Of a DNA stretch of 64,000 bases, positions 25,921 to 38,999 are shown piece after piece. The notes beneath the pieces are model-generated. The model worked only from the letters and a program-made list of their open reading frames with translations, did not search any database and was not told where the DNA came from. The DNA is taken from positions 4,431,782 to 4,495,781 of the forward strand of contig JAHRHZ010000013.1 in assembly GCA_024137785.1 (NCBI GenBank). Reading direction: 5' to 3'. Origin of the DNA: Ginglymostoma cirratum. Taxonomy: Eukaryota. Each line of letters opens with the position of its first letter. Positions within the stretch are counted from its first letter, which is position 1. Position numbers and translations under genes: made by a program.

Positions 25921-27642
25921 AAAGATAATGACTAGCATCTTAGATACAGCTACACCTGCCCTCTTGGAAAGCTAAAGTTTTTGTCTCCACCCACAGAGTG
26001 CGTGTAATGGGTAGACCAAATGTAACAGAAATCCCTTTGGAATCTTCACCTATACAACAAAATGCAAGAATATTTGGTGTATTTTTCTTATATCTTTTGT
26101 ACTCAAGCAAAGATTTCTAGTCACCAGAGTCAAAGTAAGATATAATTGCACCTCTTGCTCTGCGAAGTTATTTGTACTTTGTAACGTAAGGTAGCTTAGT
26201 GATTAATGTTTTATTTCATCTCACTGATTGTTTCAATCTGCCTTTGAAAACAGTGGAGAAATACACGTCTGGATATCATGATACCATGTTAAGATGACAA
26301 GGTGGTCCTACTCTTATATTCCCAAGGACACACTATTATATAATTGATTATTTGGCAGTACTGGCACATTTCTGAGCATAGGGTATTCAGACAAGAACAG
26401 GAAAACACAATACAATATTTAGGGCAGATCCAAAACTTAATTGTAAAAATTGATTGCAACTTCATCAAATATTGATTTGCACTTTGTGAGAAAAGCAATC
26501 TAAAACATTTTAAATTTGAAAGTTAACTAATCAGAAACAATGGAGTAGGCTTTAAACTTGTCAGCAGGTCAGCTGTTTGTTATGCAAGTTGTCTAATTTC
26601 CATCTCTATTGACAATGAAAATAAAATGGTTTCTTGAGCAGGTGGTCATTATTTAACATGATTGTTATTGGCAGCCAAGAATTTTTAGATGATCTATTCT
26701 CCAGTATTATTGCACAATTCAACTAACTTGGAAAAAGAAACTAAATATAAGCTGCTTGTGTAGCATGTAGAGATAAGTCGATTAAATTTAGTTGCTTTCT
26801 TCAATTACAGCTAATAAGACAGCATTCTCAGTCATCATATTTTGCGAAATACAATCATTGTATTTGCGTAGGGATTATAAACTTGGATAAGAAATGGCAA
26901 TTCCTGGTGATTTCAGTAAAGGAAATCAGTAGTACTGTATCTTAGCTACAATATTTTCACATAATCAGTGCACCAATTCTATTCCCCATTCATAATTACT
27001 ATCCAGCGAATGCCCTGACAACCTTCCGCATACCATCATTTCTCTATATGTTGTTGTTTAGTGTGTAGTGACATGTAACTTTGTTTCTCTCTTCACTGAT
27101 ACTACCAGACCTGCTGTGTATTTTCAACATGTTTTTGTTTCTTATCACTCTTGCCCTTGACGTTTTAGGAGACATGTGAATTCTTTGCTGCAGATGGAAG
27201 GCAACTCATACATATTCAAAAGCCAGGAGCCAGTGTGCATAGTGCCAATCACACCAGAGAGAAAAAAAACTGGCAACAGATGGACCAAAGGCAAGAGGAG
27301 GCAAAGCAAGGTAGGTGTTTATTTAATGTTGTGTTGCTTTCCTAGTGGGCAAATTGTGATCAGGCAGGCTTATTCAGGTTCCAGATGGAAACTTTGGTCC
27401 ATCCATCTTCAGAGTTTCCCAATCCTCCAAGAGCAATCACATGTCAACCCACCTTTTCAATGTGATGACTCATTCTAGATGCACAGAAGTTTCAAAAAAT
27501 CATAACAGTGGCCTTCTTAACTTACTCCATTATATCCATTCTGTTCTATTCTGTGGATCTATGATCTATCACAATTGATGTAGCAAGGTTTTCACTCAGT
27601 AGCACTAAGATGTCAATTGATAGGAATTAATGATTATTAATG

Positions 27643-27963
27643 GGCACCATGGTGACTCAGTGGTTAGCACTGCTGCCTCATACAGTTAGACACCCAGGTT
27701 CGATTCCAGGTACAGGCAACTCTGTGGAGTTTGCATGTTCTCCATGTGTCTGTGTAGATATCCTCTGGGTGTTCTGGTTTCCTCCCATAGTTCAAAAATA
27801 TGCAAGTTAGGTGAATTGGCCATGCTAAATTGCTCACAGTGTCCACGGATGTGCAGGCTAGGTGGATTAGCCATGGGAGGGTAGGAGGATGGGTCTGAGT
27901 GAGATGCTTTTCAAAAGGTTGATGTTGACTCAATGGGCCAAATGACACTGTGGACATTCTATG
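27643..27963 (+). mobile_element. HE1-type SINE
   Basis: gtgactcagtggttagcactgctgcc head, ggttcgattcc B-box, attctatg tail. Confidence 0.85.
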
Positions 27964-29664
27964 ATTTCACACCTTGATAATGCCTCAACTTGCCTTGTTG
28001 ATATTCAGACTCCTGTCTTACTAAACTTGCCAAAAAATTATGCCTTGACATAGGGGAAACTCAATAAGGGAACCAGAGTATATACCTGTCATTTTAGCTC
28101 ACCGCTTGCTCTGAATGACCCCCATGCTGGACACTGAGCAATAACATCACTGGGCATGATCCACAGGGACCAGCCGCATGCACCCTTTGTGCATGTACAT
28201 TGACATTCAGCATCTTCCAACACACCATGACTATCATGCATCAGTTTGACACACTTGCAGGCCACATCAGATGTACAAACCAACATTTCAGGGTGCACTG
28301 GTAATTTGCATTGAGAAGGCTGCAGTAGGGACACTTTGCATGGATGGACAGGCACCAGCTCATGGAATGGATCCTAGGGCTGCTCACATGCTCTCATAGC
28401 GGTCTCTTATTTTGCACCTACCTACATTCTTGCACCATTGGTGTCAAGTATTGCCTTGCCATGCTGTGCCATGTCTGTCAGTGCATTGGTGATTCAGCCA
28501 GAGCCAAGGGTTTTCACCACTGCAGTTGTAAGGGTGGTTGAGTGCAGACATACAGGCAGCCTGCTTATTATGCTTAAGAATAATGAAATGTCCTAATTTC
28601 ATCTTGGTGAATGGTACGCTAAGGTGGCAATCTAACATCTACACCATGTGCAAACTTGCCAACTTTGCACAGCAAACAAAATGCACTCGCATTCAAACAA
28701 ATCGCCAAGTTTTGGAAAACTGGTGGGGCAATAACACTCAGTCTAGTTAAGGCACCCTACTGTTGCTTAGGGCATGCCAGTACAGTCGGTCAGGCCATAG
28801 CTCACTCAGTCTAGAGTGTTTGAAACAGTTACCTGTCCACTTTGAATGCTGACAGTCAGGATATCTGTCCCAGTGTTGTCAAGGGGGTGTTCAGCAGTCA
28901 GTCCTGTAAAGCCAGCAATCAGGGGAATTGTATATCATTATTTGAGGAGCTGCAAGCATAGATGTCAGGGCTCTGGTCAGACATGTCTAGGGACTACTTG
29001 TAACGTTGGTCAGTGGTCTGATAGTGAGCACCATTGTAGCCTGCACAAGGGAAGCATAAAGGAGCAGGGTGGTCATCAACATTGTGTAATGTCATGGTTT
29101 GGAGACAGTGAAGACAGTTGTAGATGAAGTCCAGTGTGACTAATCTCCAGAAAAAGTTGTTGAGTTGAAACGGACTGTCAGGATAATACAAGGTAATAGG
29201 GACATGTGGCCTATGGAGTGAACAGGGTGGGGCCTGTTGTTGGAAGAAGTCAGCTTTGCCAGTGGATGTTCAATGCAGATAAGTCCCCATTATCCACATC
29301 CAGCATGTCCTGCTGTGCGTTAAATTGTGCTCTGGAGGGTATACTGTTCTGAGATCTAAGAAACTGTTTTGCTGCTTCTGAGCTCAGTGTCATACCATTC
29401 CACTGTGAGTGATGGGCATGACTGCTATTAGAATGCTGGTCACTGTGGATGTCTACCTAAGAAGACAAAGATAGATCCAAGATGAGCAGGACTGACAGCA
29501 AGCCCATGTACAGCAGCAAGCAGAAGATGAGCTCGCGGGGAGGTTTTGCAGACAGGGTCCCTCAGGATACATGAGGTACACTGGAGTTCGAGGGTCATTG
29601 ACTCATTGATCTGTGTGGAATCTCTGTCATTTCTACAGTCCAGAGTGTAGTATTTTGGGAATAT

Positions 29665-29925
29665 AGCTGTGATTCCCCGAGATGCAGGATGCCACCTTAC
29701 TGCTCATACATGGCACTGAGAGCGCAATAATACAATACTAGAATTCATCAACCACAAAGGATTCATTCCAACAATGAGCAAGTGATCCATAATCATGGAT
29801 AAAATTTCCTGGAATTGTGTGCCTACTACTTTGGCAGCAGCAATAACTCAAACATGCCAGAGCAGTCTCGGATACCTTCTGTGTTTGATGCTCCGGAGCT
29901 TTACAAGGCTGGTTAATGGGGGTTA
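29665..29925 (+). mobile_element. Decayed Harbinger (HARBI1-like) DDE transposase fragment
   Basis: Frameshifted reading FPEMQDA..CSYMALRA..EFINHKGF/HSNNEQVIHNH..FLELCAYYFGSSNNS..QSRIPSVF..LQGWLMG matches the FxNRKGxHSxNVQ..ARxPGSxHD..GWLLGD pattern. Confidence 0.7.
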
Positions 29926-30978
29926 AGAACTACCCACTGCAACCAGGCTCCATAGTTGACAATGCCCACTGGAGACCTGCAGGTTGCCATTGCAGACAAA
30001 GTAGCACACACTTAAAGGGTGTTCAAACAGGATGTGGCTAAGAACAGGGAAGGTGTATGGCATAATATTTAAGTAGGGATGAGGATGAGAGAATGGGATT
30101 TTGTATGCGAGGGAGTGTGGACCATGTGCCATGACAGTGTGGCTTTGTGACTGTCGCGTCTTGACATTGCCAGTTAGGGGCATCGCTGGATTGTCAATGC
30201 TCAACCAGGTCGAGAGTGACCTTTCAAAGGTGGCATGGGCACAAGGAATTCTAATCTTTGAGCAGATAGCTACTGAGTGGTGAGTTGTTCTGGAAATGTC
30301 ACATGTTAACATGGGACTGAAACTGGATGTGAAAGATGCAATAGGATCGTGGTAGGTAGTTAATGCAGTGAGTTTCATATGATAGAGTACACCTGCCAGG
30401 TCTTCCAGCAAAAATCCCTCCAAAAAACTCCACCGTTCAAATTAGCCAAAAAAATTGTAAGATTCAGCCCAATGTCAGGAAGCTACTTAAAAATGGAAAT
30501 GAATTTTCCAGTTGAAAATTGACTGTTTCCTTCCATTTCAAAGAAAGGGATTTAAAAGGCCATGGTTACCAGCCCCATCAGCACAATGAAGATGGATTTG
30601 TCAAAATAGGGTATGTTGATGGGGTATCAAACATCTCCCCAGTGGCATATGAGTCACCTCACCTCTAAGCCATTATGTGGACACATGAGACGCATCAGAA
30701 CTGTCATTTCATGATCACCACCAGCAAGAAAGGTTATTCAAACCTTATTACTCCACAAGAGAGGTTACTAAAGCTTATTATGACACAAGACCCAGTAAGG
30801 CATCTGGGATAAGCAGTAGAAAAATCACCACCAGCAAGAAAGAAGATCGCAAATGGGCAGTCATCTCAATTTTTGAAAAGAGCAGCTAATTTGTTTTCAC
30901 TTGCATGATTATATTTCATATAAGTCATCAACATATAACTCTACTAGTTAAAACTAATTCATTTATAAACTCCACCTT

Positions 30979-31013
<35 letters not shown>

Positions 31014-31035
31014 GACATGCGCGCGCGCGCACGCG
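30979..31035. repeat. Alternating purine-pyrimidine (CA)n/(CG)n tract
   Basis: acacacgcgcgcgcacac...catgcgcgcgcgcgcacgcg. Confidence 0.95.
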
Positions 31036-31889
31036 AATAACATTGTTATTACGAAGGAACGACCAGAAAGGGAGTTCAGTGCTTCTTGCTGACTGGGTTG
31101 CTAAGACGATTCTTTGACTGATCAGAATGCTCTTCACAATCTTCTTTCTTTGGACGCTTCTACTGATTTGAAGGATGCATAGGGTGATTGATTCGCACTT
31201 GTAAAAGATCCCTGAATTTTAATTAAAAGGTCACAGCTTACAGCAACTGCTGAAGATAAAACAAAATTATTTTGGTTCAAACTTAGTGTTTTTTTTCCTG
31301 TAAAGAAGAGACAGCTGATGGAAATTGTTGGCTTACCACATCTTGTTTATAGCCCAACCTATTTAGCTACTTGAGAACAAAATCATATAGTTGATAGCAG
31401 AAGGCCTTTGTCATCGATAACTGGTCACTAATCCATAGACTAATCAGCTACTTGTTGCTGGATGAATTACCATTTCTAAACACTTTTGGCTGTAGTTCAT
31501 CTACAGCTTCTCTTCTACTACTTGAAGTAGCAGCTGAGTAAACAGTACTTACAATGAGTATCAGGTTACTTCCTTTCAAAAGACATGCAGTAATCCTTCA
31601 GCAATCCTTGGATCTAAACTGGGATTCTTCCCATTTTAGTCCACAATCAAAAATACACAAAAATGAAAAGATACGATCTTTACAACCCAGAAAATTCCAA
31701 CTTCCATTGTCTTCAAAGAACAAAGAGAAATAAAGTTCTGGTCTTGCAAAGCTTTTCATCTTAAAGAGCGGGTTAGGAATAAGTGACTCATTTCTTGTAA
31801 TTACGTTAATCCAAGTGCATGTTTTGTCTTTAGAAGTAATCTTTTATTCTATTCATGTATGTAAATTAATTTCAAGACTACAATCAATT

Positions 31890-32201
31890 AATTCCCCTTC
31901 AAGTCCCACCTCGTCCATTCCACCTTCTGACCCTCCCTTCCAGCCACCAATTGGATTCATCCCTCCCATTGACCAACCAGGTCGTACCTACTACCAGTGT
32001 CCACCTATCACCACCATTCCGCCTCTATCCCTCCCTCTTCTCTTTATCTGCAGATCCCACTACCCCACATCCAGTGCTGAAGAAGGATAATACCTGAAAC
32101 ATTGACTGCTCCTTTCCTCCAGATGCTGCTTGGCTTGCTGTGTTCTTCCAGCCTCCTGTCTGTCTACCTTGGATTCCAGCATCTGCAGTTTTTTTGTCTC
32201 T
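31890..32201 (+). mobile_element. Diverged PLE 3' fragment with degenerate hammerhead core
   Basis: C-rich tract then ctgaagaaggataatacctgaaacattg...ccagcatctgcagtt. Confidence 0.65.
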
Positions 32202-33521
32202 AATCAATTAATTTTGTTGGGCAGGAATGTCAAGAAATCAGGATGAAAAATTCAGATTAGCTATGATTTAATTGAACGAGACATTATGAAAAGGCTGAAC
32301 AACAAACTCCTGCCATACACATGGGGAATCCTATAGGTATATTGCTGAATGGTCCACCCAAACTAAATCTACTGAGAGCTGGCTTAGGTCCTGCATTTGC
32401 TGGGAGACTGTATTTGCATGTTACTATTGCATGAACCTGGGTTGTCCATAAGCAGTGTCTTAAATTAGGAATCCTGCTTGAGACATATTTTCAGTCCCTC
32501 CCGAGCTCAGTTTTAACTGAAAACAGCAATTCAAATTTATCTTCTAAGTTTCCATATTGATGTAAAAATATTCAGAACATTTCAATGTCTGCCTTTAATG
32601 GTTTGATTCATATTCAGACCATTTACTTCTTCAATAAATGGCAAAAGCTAAACGGACAAATTCTCAAAAATGTAATTTTTGAAGCTTTGAATAATGTTAC
32701 ATTTTTCTGAAATGTCCTAATTGCATTGCATGGTCACCAAACAAACACTGATAATGTGGCACGCAAAATAGCTACATAACTGTTGCTGTCTTCAAAAAAG
32801 AGAATCATTCAGAAAATATGCCATAATGAAATGCATTCATTATTACTTTGGTTAATATGGGATGTAAACTGCAGAAAAAACTAATTGGTCATTATACAAC
32901 ATAAATGTAGGATGTTGCATACTCATGCAAGGTAGCGTTGCTGTAAGATATATTTTCTTAGTAAATTACTGTATTTATTCTATAAATGTAATTCATGATA
33001 TACTGTTTCAAAATGATAAATGCACCGAAAAGACAGCAGTTCTCATTACTTTCCTGTACGGAACTTGGATTCTTTAGGCAGAGGAAAACAGGTTGACACA
33101 TTTGGTCAGAAGATTACTGTAAATTTAATCTTACTAGAAATTCAGAAATAAGGTTATCAGCAGAGGAACATAAATTGCAACTACCTCAGATTATTAAGGC
33201 AAGGAGATTGATGTGATTTGACAATTACCAAAATATCTAATATACAGATTATTTTGGAGGTCTATCCAAATTGAAATGTGAAAATTAGAGGAACTCAGCT
33301 TAGACTTAAAGATTTTTTTTAAAGAATTAGAAGAGAGTTTTACACCTAACAAGATTATTAAAAAATCATTCATGCTTTCAATTGGCCCAGCCTGCCAATT
33401 GTTCAGCATATTGTGATGGGCAAATACTGCCGAGTTAAGTGGATTACCTTTTTTGATGTTCTCCTTATTTAATGGGGGTTGGGTTCTGTTGACCAGAAAA
33501 CAGCCCACCATAGATGGGCAA

Positions 33522-34771
33522 AGATAACAAGGTGTAGAGCTGGATGAACACAACAGGCCAAGCAGCATCAGAGGAGCAGGAAAGCTGATGTTTCGGGTCT
33601 AGACCCTTCTTCAGAAATGAGGGAGGGAAGGGGATTCTGAAATAAATAGGGAGAGAGGGGGAGGCGGATAGAAGATGGATAAAGGAGAAGATAAGTGGAG
33701 AGGAGACAGACAGGTCAAAGAGGTGGGGGTGGAGCCGTAAAGGTGAGTGTAGGTGGGGAGTTGGGGGGAATAGGTCAGTCCAGGGAGGACGGACAGGTCA
33801 AGGGGGCGGGATGAAGCTGATAGGTAGAAGATAGGGGTGGGGCTTGAGGTGGGAGGAGGGGTTAGGTGGGAGGAAGGACAGGTTAGGGACGCGGGGTTCC
33901 GGAGAGAGGAGGGTAACTTCTTCAAGGTAGGCATCCTTAGAAGAGGCTTTGCAGTGGGGTTAAAATTGTTTCAGAGATAGTAGGAACTGCAGATGCTGGA
34001 GAATCTGAGATAACAAGGTGTAGAGCTGGATGAACACAGCAGGCCAAGAAGAATCAGAGGAGCAGGAAAGCTGACGTTTCGGGTCTAGACCCTTCTTCAG
34101 AAATGAGGGAGGGAAGGGGATTCTGAAATAAATAGGGAGAGAGGGGGAGGCGGATAGCAGATGGATAAAGGAGAAGATAGGTGGAGAGGAGACAGACAGG
34201 TCAAAGAGGTGGGGGTGGAGCCAGTAAAGGCGAGTGTAGGTAGGGAGTTAGGGGGGGATAGGTCAGTCTAGGGAGGACGGACAGGTCAAGGGAGCGGGAT
34301 GAGGCTGGTAGGTAGGAGAGGGGGGNNNNNNNNNNNNNNNNNNNNNNNNNNNNNNNNNNNNNNNNNNNNNNNNNNNNNNNNNNNNNNNNNNNNNNNNNNN
34401 NNNNNNNNNNNNNNNNNNNNNNNNNGGATGAGGCTGGTAGGTAGGAGAGGGGGGTGGGGCTTGAGGTGGGAGGAGGGGTTAGGTGGGAGGAAGGACAGGT
34501 TAGGGATGCGGGGTTCCGGAGGGAGGAGGGTAACTTCTTCAAGGTAGGCATCCTTAGAAGAGGCTTCGCAGTGGAGTTAAAATTGTTTCAGAGATAGTAG
34601 GAACTGCAGATGCTGGAGAATCTGAGATAACAAGGTGTAGAGCTAAAGGAACACAGCAGGCCAAGAAGCATTAGAGGAGCAGGAAAGCTGATGTTTCGAG
34701 TCTGGACCCTTCTTCAGAAATGGGGGAGGGGAAGGGGATTCTGAAATAAATAGGGAGAGAGGGGGAGGCGG
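33522..34771 (-). mobile_element. Tandem array of ~486-bp non-coding PLE-derived units, three hammerhead cores, single TSD
   Basis: Units start at 33522, 34008, 34625; cores at 33587-33614, 34073-34100, 34690-34717; flanked by ATAGATGGGCAA (33510-33521) and ATAAATGGGCAA (34772-34783). Contains the second N gap. Confidence 0.85.
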
Positions 34772-34814
34772 ATAAATGGGCAAGTGTTTATTAACTAGCT
34801 GCAAGAGTCCTCTT

Positions 34815-34925
34815 GCGGAACAGTGGTAGTGTCCCATACTATACTGAACTGGGAGGCCCAGGTTCAAGTCCTACCTGGTTCAGTGTATGTAATAACATCT
34901 GTGAACAGGTTGCTTAGAAAAATAG
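34815..34925 (+). mobile_element. Short tRNA-derived SINE (same family as 23725)
   Basis: ggttcaagtcc B-box; tgtaataacatctgtgaacaggttg. Confidence 0.6.
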
Positions 34926-36112
34926 GTTAATTTTTTAAAAACTACATGCAAATAAGAGAAGCATCATCTCAGAATGGTTCCTGCCATTTTTATTATTGCA
35001 GGAAGAGCCTGTTTGTTCCAGGTGTCCAGCATTCAATGGTTGGTAACAGGCAGACCCAGAAACTCTGTGCATAAAGTGTCTGCCCAAGCATTAAAGGTAC
35101 ACTGCTTTACAAAGCCCCTGGGGAGGGAACGAGATGTTTTTAATTAAAATAAAACATTTTTCAAGCAGCACAGAGGCTGCCTGCCTTCAGGTCTATGGCA
35201 GGCTTCCAAGACCTGCTGTGTCAAAACTCCAGAGACACTACTGCAAAATGTTAATGACCTTGATGTTTTCACATCAGCCAGAGTCAGGGACCATGTCCTT
35301 GACCGGACAAAGTCTTACTCGCCCACAACTTAAAGACATATGACAAAAGGAGTAAGGCAGAAGCTTCAAGTGGAATCTTTTTAAGTGTCTATGCAATGCG
35401 GGTTGTGGAAAGATGTGTGACAGAATCTGGGGAGGAGCCTAGGAAGGCACATCTTGACGTTGAGGTCATTGCATCCTCCTCCTTTATGCTTTTCACAAGC
35501 AGTGTGGCCAGCTTGTCACTGGTCAACAGTAACTTGCTAATTGACAGTACACCGCAATTGACCCTTGTTATTGTCCTAGTTGAAGAATCAACTTGCTTCA
35601 TTAATGTTTCTGATGAGATATTACCAAATCCACCAAGCAAACTAGATGTCAGGAAAACTTGACATGGAAACCATTGTGGGTTCTCATTGGGTTCAGCTCA
35701 CCGCTCATTCTAGAAGACCTCCATGTTTGACATTGGTCAAATAGTACAGAAGATGAAAGTGGGTGACAAAGTTGTTACTATTGGTGCTGGTGATTGGGTC
35801 GGAGGTGTCCCAAATGAGTGAGTAGGCAGCACAGGGGGCATGCAAAGTTAGCGATACAATGGGTTAGGTTGAGTAAGATCGAGCGGAGAAGATGTTGCAG
35901 GCACTAGTCAGAGTGGTAGATCATGGTGCGATGTAGGCGTAGTATGAGAGATCATGAATGTGAGGTATCAGAGAGAAGATGGTGGATGGGGTGGATTGAT
36001 CTTCTACGTGCTGAGCTTTCCTCCAGACAGTTAGGCCTGCTCTAACCTGAGTGGTAGCCTTGCTTCAATCTGGCATGGTCTGGTGTCATGACTACCGCTA
36101 CTGGTCCTAAGG

Positions 36113-36410
36113 AAAGAACATAAGAACATAAGAACTAGGAGCAGGAGTAGGCCGTCCGGCCCTTTGAGCCTGCTCCGCCATTCAATAAGGTCATGGCTGA
36201 CCTTTTCATGGACTCAGATCCACTTACCCGCGCTCTCACCGTATCCCTTAATTCCTTTATTGTTCAAAAAAAATCTACCTTAGCTTTAAAAACAATTACT
36301 GAAGTAGCGTCAACTACTTCATTGGGCAAGGAATTCCCTAGATTAACAATCCTCTGGGTGAAGTAGTTCGTTCTCAATTCAGTCCTAAATCTGCTCCCTC
36401 TAATCTTGAG
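36113..36410 (-). mobile_element. Young CR1 3' end
   Basis: (AAGAACAT)n tail followed by ggagcaggagtaggcc...cctgctccgccattcaat, with CpGs retained. Confidence 0.85.
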
Positions 36411-37346
36411 AAAGGAGAAGTCACAGAATCACAGAAGTTTTATGGCACAGGTGGAGGCCATTCAGCCCATTCTGTCTACTCCAGCTGTTCAGATGACTTC
36501 TTGGCAATTTCCTGATTTTATTCCACACCATTGCATGTTATTTCTATCCAAATAATCACCTACTACTCTCCTGATTGGGTTCATGCCTGTGCAGCACACT
36601 GTCCAGCAGGAGCTCCAAGACCTTGTGAATAAAGTGGGGTGCTGATTTCCCCCTGTCTGCCAAATTCAGTGCAAATGTTAGGAATGGTACATGGCAGCTT
36701 TGGACTAACCATCCTTGTCAAGTGCATTGCAACCTTTGAAAGATGGTGCTGGCCCCCAGAATGCCACTCCATTCCAGGATTCTCTCCGCGTATGGTGAGT
36801 TGTTCCAGAAATGATGCATGACCAGATGTGACAGAAATCAAATGTGAGTTTCACCACAGGAACAGGGACAGCACTTAATGCAACGTGTGTGGTAAGATTT
36901 GGTGAGAAAAATAGCTTGGCCTTGTGGCAGGAATCATTCCACTGAATTTAAGATATGTTCAGTTCAGCCTTAGTGTCTTGAACCCCAAATGACTGATTAG
37001 CTAGGCGAAGGTAAGATAGGTGGACCACTTACCTGAGTCAAATGCCCTTATAGGCTGTATTTTTTTTTTGCCCAAGTGCAATTATGCCATGGTTTTTAGA
37101 GGGGTTTTCATTGTGAGGCCTGGCAGGTTTTCACATCCTGTTTTCCAAACTCACCTCATTCCCCATCCCATGATATCCTTCATGTCCAATTCTAATGTGT
37201 CTTACTACGTGCCATTCCTGGATCAACTTGCCACTGCCAGGATATTCTGGAATTACCTGCCATCCCTGTGCGAATGCTTCTTTAGAAGCCCATTGTGTAC
37301 CTACATAAAAACTGACAGTCCAAACCTGCCTTGCATGGTTCCTGAC

Positions 37347-37590
37347 ATGACAGGCAGAGGGAAATTAGTGCCCTGCTTTGCAGGCAAGAACCTATGGGTG
37401 CTGCTAGATAGGATGCTGGAAAGGCAGAAGCTTCTCTTCCTACAACGGCAACAGTGATGGCTACAACACTAGAACCATGCCAGCCTGGTTTGGGCTGCTA
37501 CTCGGTTCAGCGTAGACTCAATGTAGTCTGGAGCAATGCATAGCAATGTAAGAAAGAAGTCAATGTCTCTCTAATCCCCAGTGTAAGTGC
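37347..37590 (+). mobile_element. Harbinger-type Myb/SANT-like remnant
   Basis: MTGRGKLVPCFAGKNLWVLLDRMLERQKLLF then QCKKEVN-like sequence and a gtaagt donor; a mirror copy lies on the minus strand at ~35980-36670, split by CR1. Confidence 0.6.
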
Positions 37591-38656
37591 CACCATCTTT
37601 TCTCTGACTGCTAACACTCATTCTGTCTCTGTTACTGTACCCACCTCCCACCAAGGCTCCTGATCCACCAGTCTCACTATTGATTGAAACATCTTTCCTC
37701 ACTCACAGTCATCCATCCCAACACGTCAAAACCACTAACCCTGCATCCTCTCGGTGCTGCCTACTCACTGACTTAGAACGCCTCTCCACCTGGACAGAAA
37801 GCAATAGCTGTGCCACCCACTTGCATCTCCCTTAATACGTGCCTCTTTCTGTTTCTCTCTCAGTGTAGGGGATAACAGTCCCCATTAGGGCAGAAACAGT
37901 CAAGGTGGCCCAATGTATGCCTTATCACCCCTTAAAAGGAGGGCATTCTGAGAGCAAGTAAAGTGCGATTGGTCAAAGCATTACCATGCAGTGTGAATGC
38001 CTGATGAGAATTAGTGTATTTCTTTCTCACTCTCCAACTTGAAGGGGTCGGTTCCCCAATTGATTTTGCGGTCACTTTGCTCATTCTTCCTGTAGTCCCT
38101 GGTGTCATCCACACAGCTTGCAAGAATACTTAACATTTGAACAAGTGCAAGGGCTGGGTCTCCAAATGCTTCTTTTCATATCTCCATACTTGCTTGACCC
38201 ATAGTCAGACCCACTTGCCCATGTCCAAGGAGAAAATCTGCATATACTTACAGATATATGTAGGTATATATATTATATACACACACACAAGGCCTTGTCC
38301 TCTGCAGTAAGGAAGGGAATATCCAGGCAGTATTTATGGTTTGAGTTAAACAAAGAGTGTGGGACAACAATCATCTCCTCAATTTGAGGATAACACCTAG
38401 GATCATGAGTTTTTGCCTTGGCTCTTCATGTGACTGACAGGCTGATTTTCAATACACAGATGTTTGAGCACATGAGCAATGTGTCCCAAAGTAAGCGTTC
38501 CTTCTAATTTTTTTGCAGCTTCACAGGCCTCTGGGACCATGTGCTGAAGTGACCGGAAGTCAATGCCGCAATCAGTGTGTTAGAACATTGGAGCAGCTCT
38601 GCGCATGAAGCTTAGGGGAAACATTGTCCAAAATGAAATAGGACCTGAAGTGCAGA

Positions 38657-38888
38657 GATAATAGGTACTGCAGATGCTGGAGAATCCGAGATAACAAAGT
38701 GTGGAGCTGGATGAACACAGCAGGCCAAGCAGTATCATAGGAGCAGGAAGGCTTGACGTTTTGGGCCTCGACCCTTCATCAGAAATAGCATCAGAAATGA
38801 AGGGTCTAGGCCCGAAACGTCAAGCCTTCCTGCTCCTATGATGCTGCTTGGCCTGCTGTGTTCATCCAGCTCCACACCTTGTTATCCT
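38657..38888. mobile_element. Fold-back pair of hammerhead-bearing units with 11-bp TSD
   Basis: TGAAGTGCAGA at 38646-38656 and 38889-38899; arms are reverse complements; both cores damaged. Confidence 0.88.
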
Positions 38889-38999
38889 TGAAGTGCAGAT
38901 TTCCTTTTGTTTTCTTCACTGCAATTACAATGCATCATCATTGAGACATAGTGACTAATAGAGTTACCTAAGTCACCGGACACATCTTACAGCTGTAGT

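Noticed and set aside
29665-29925. Domesticated host HARBI1 gene
   Set aside because: Stops, frameshifts and lost catalytic motifs indicate a dead transposon copy.
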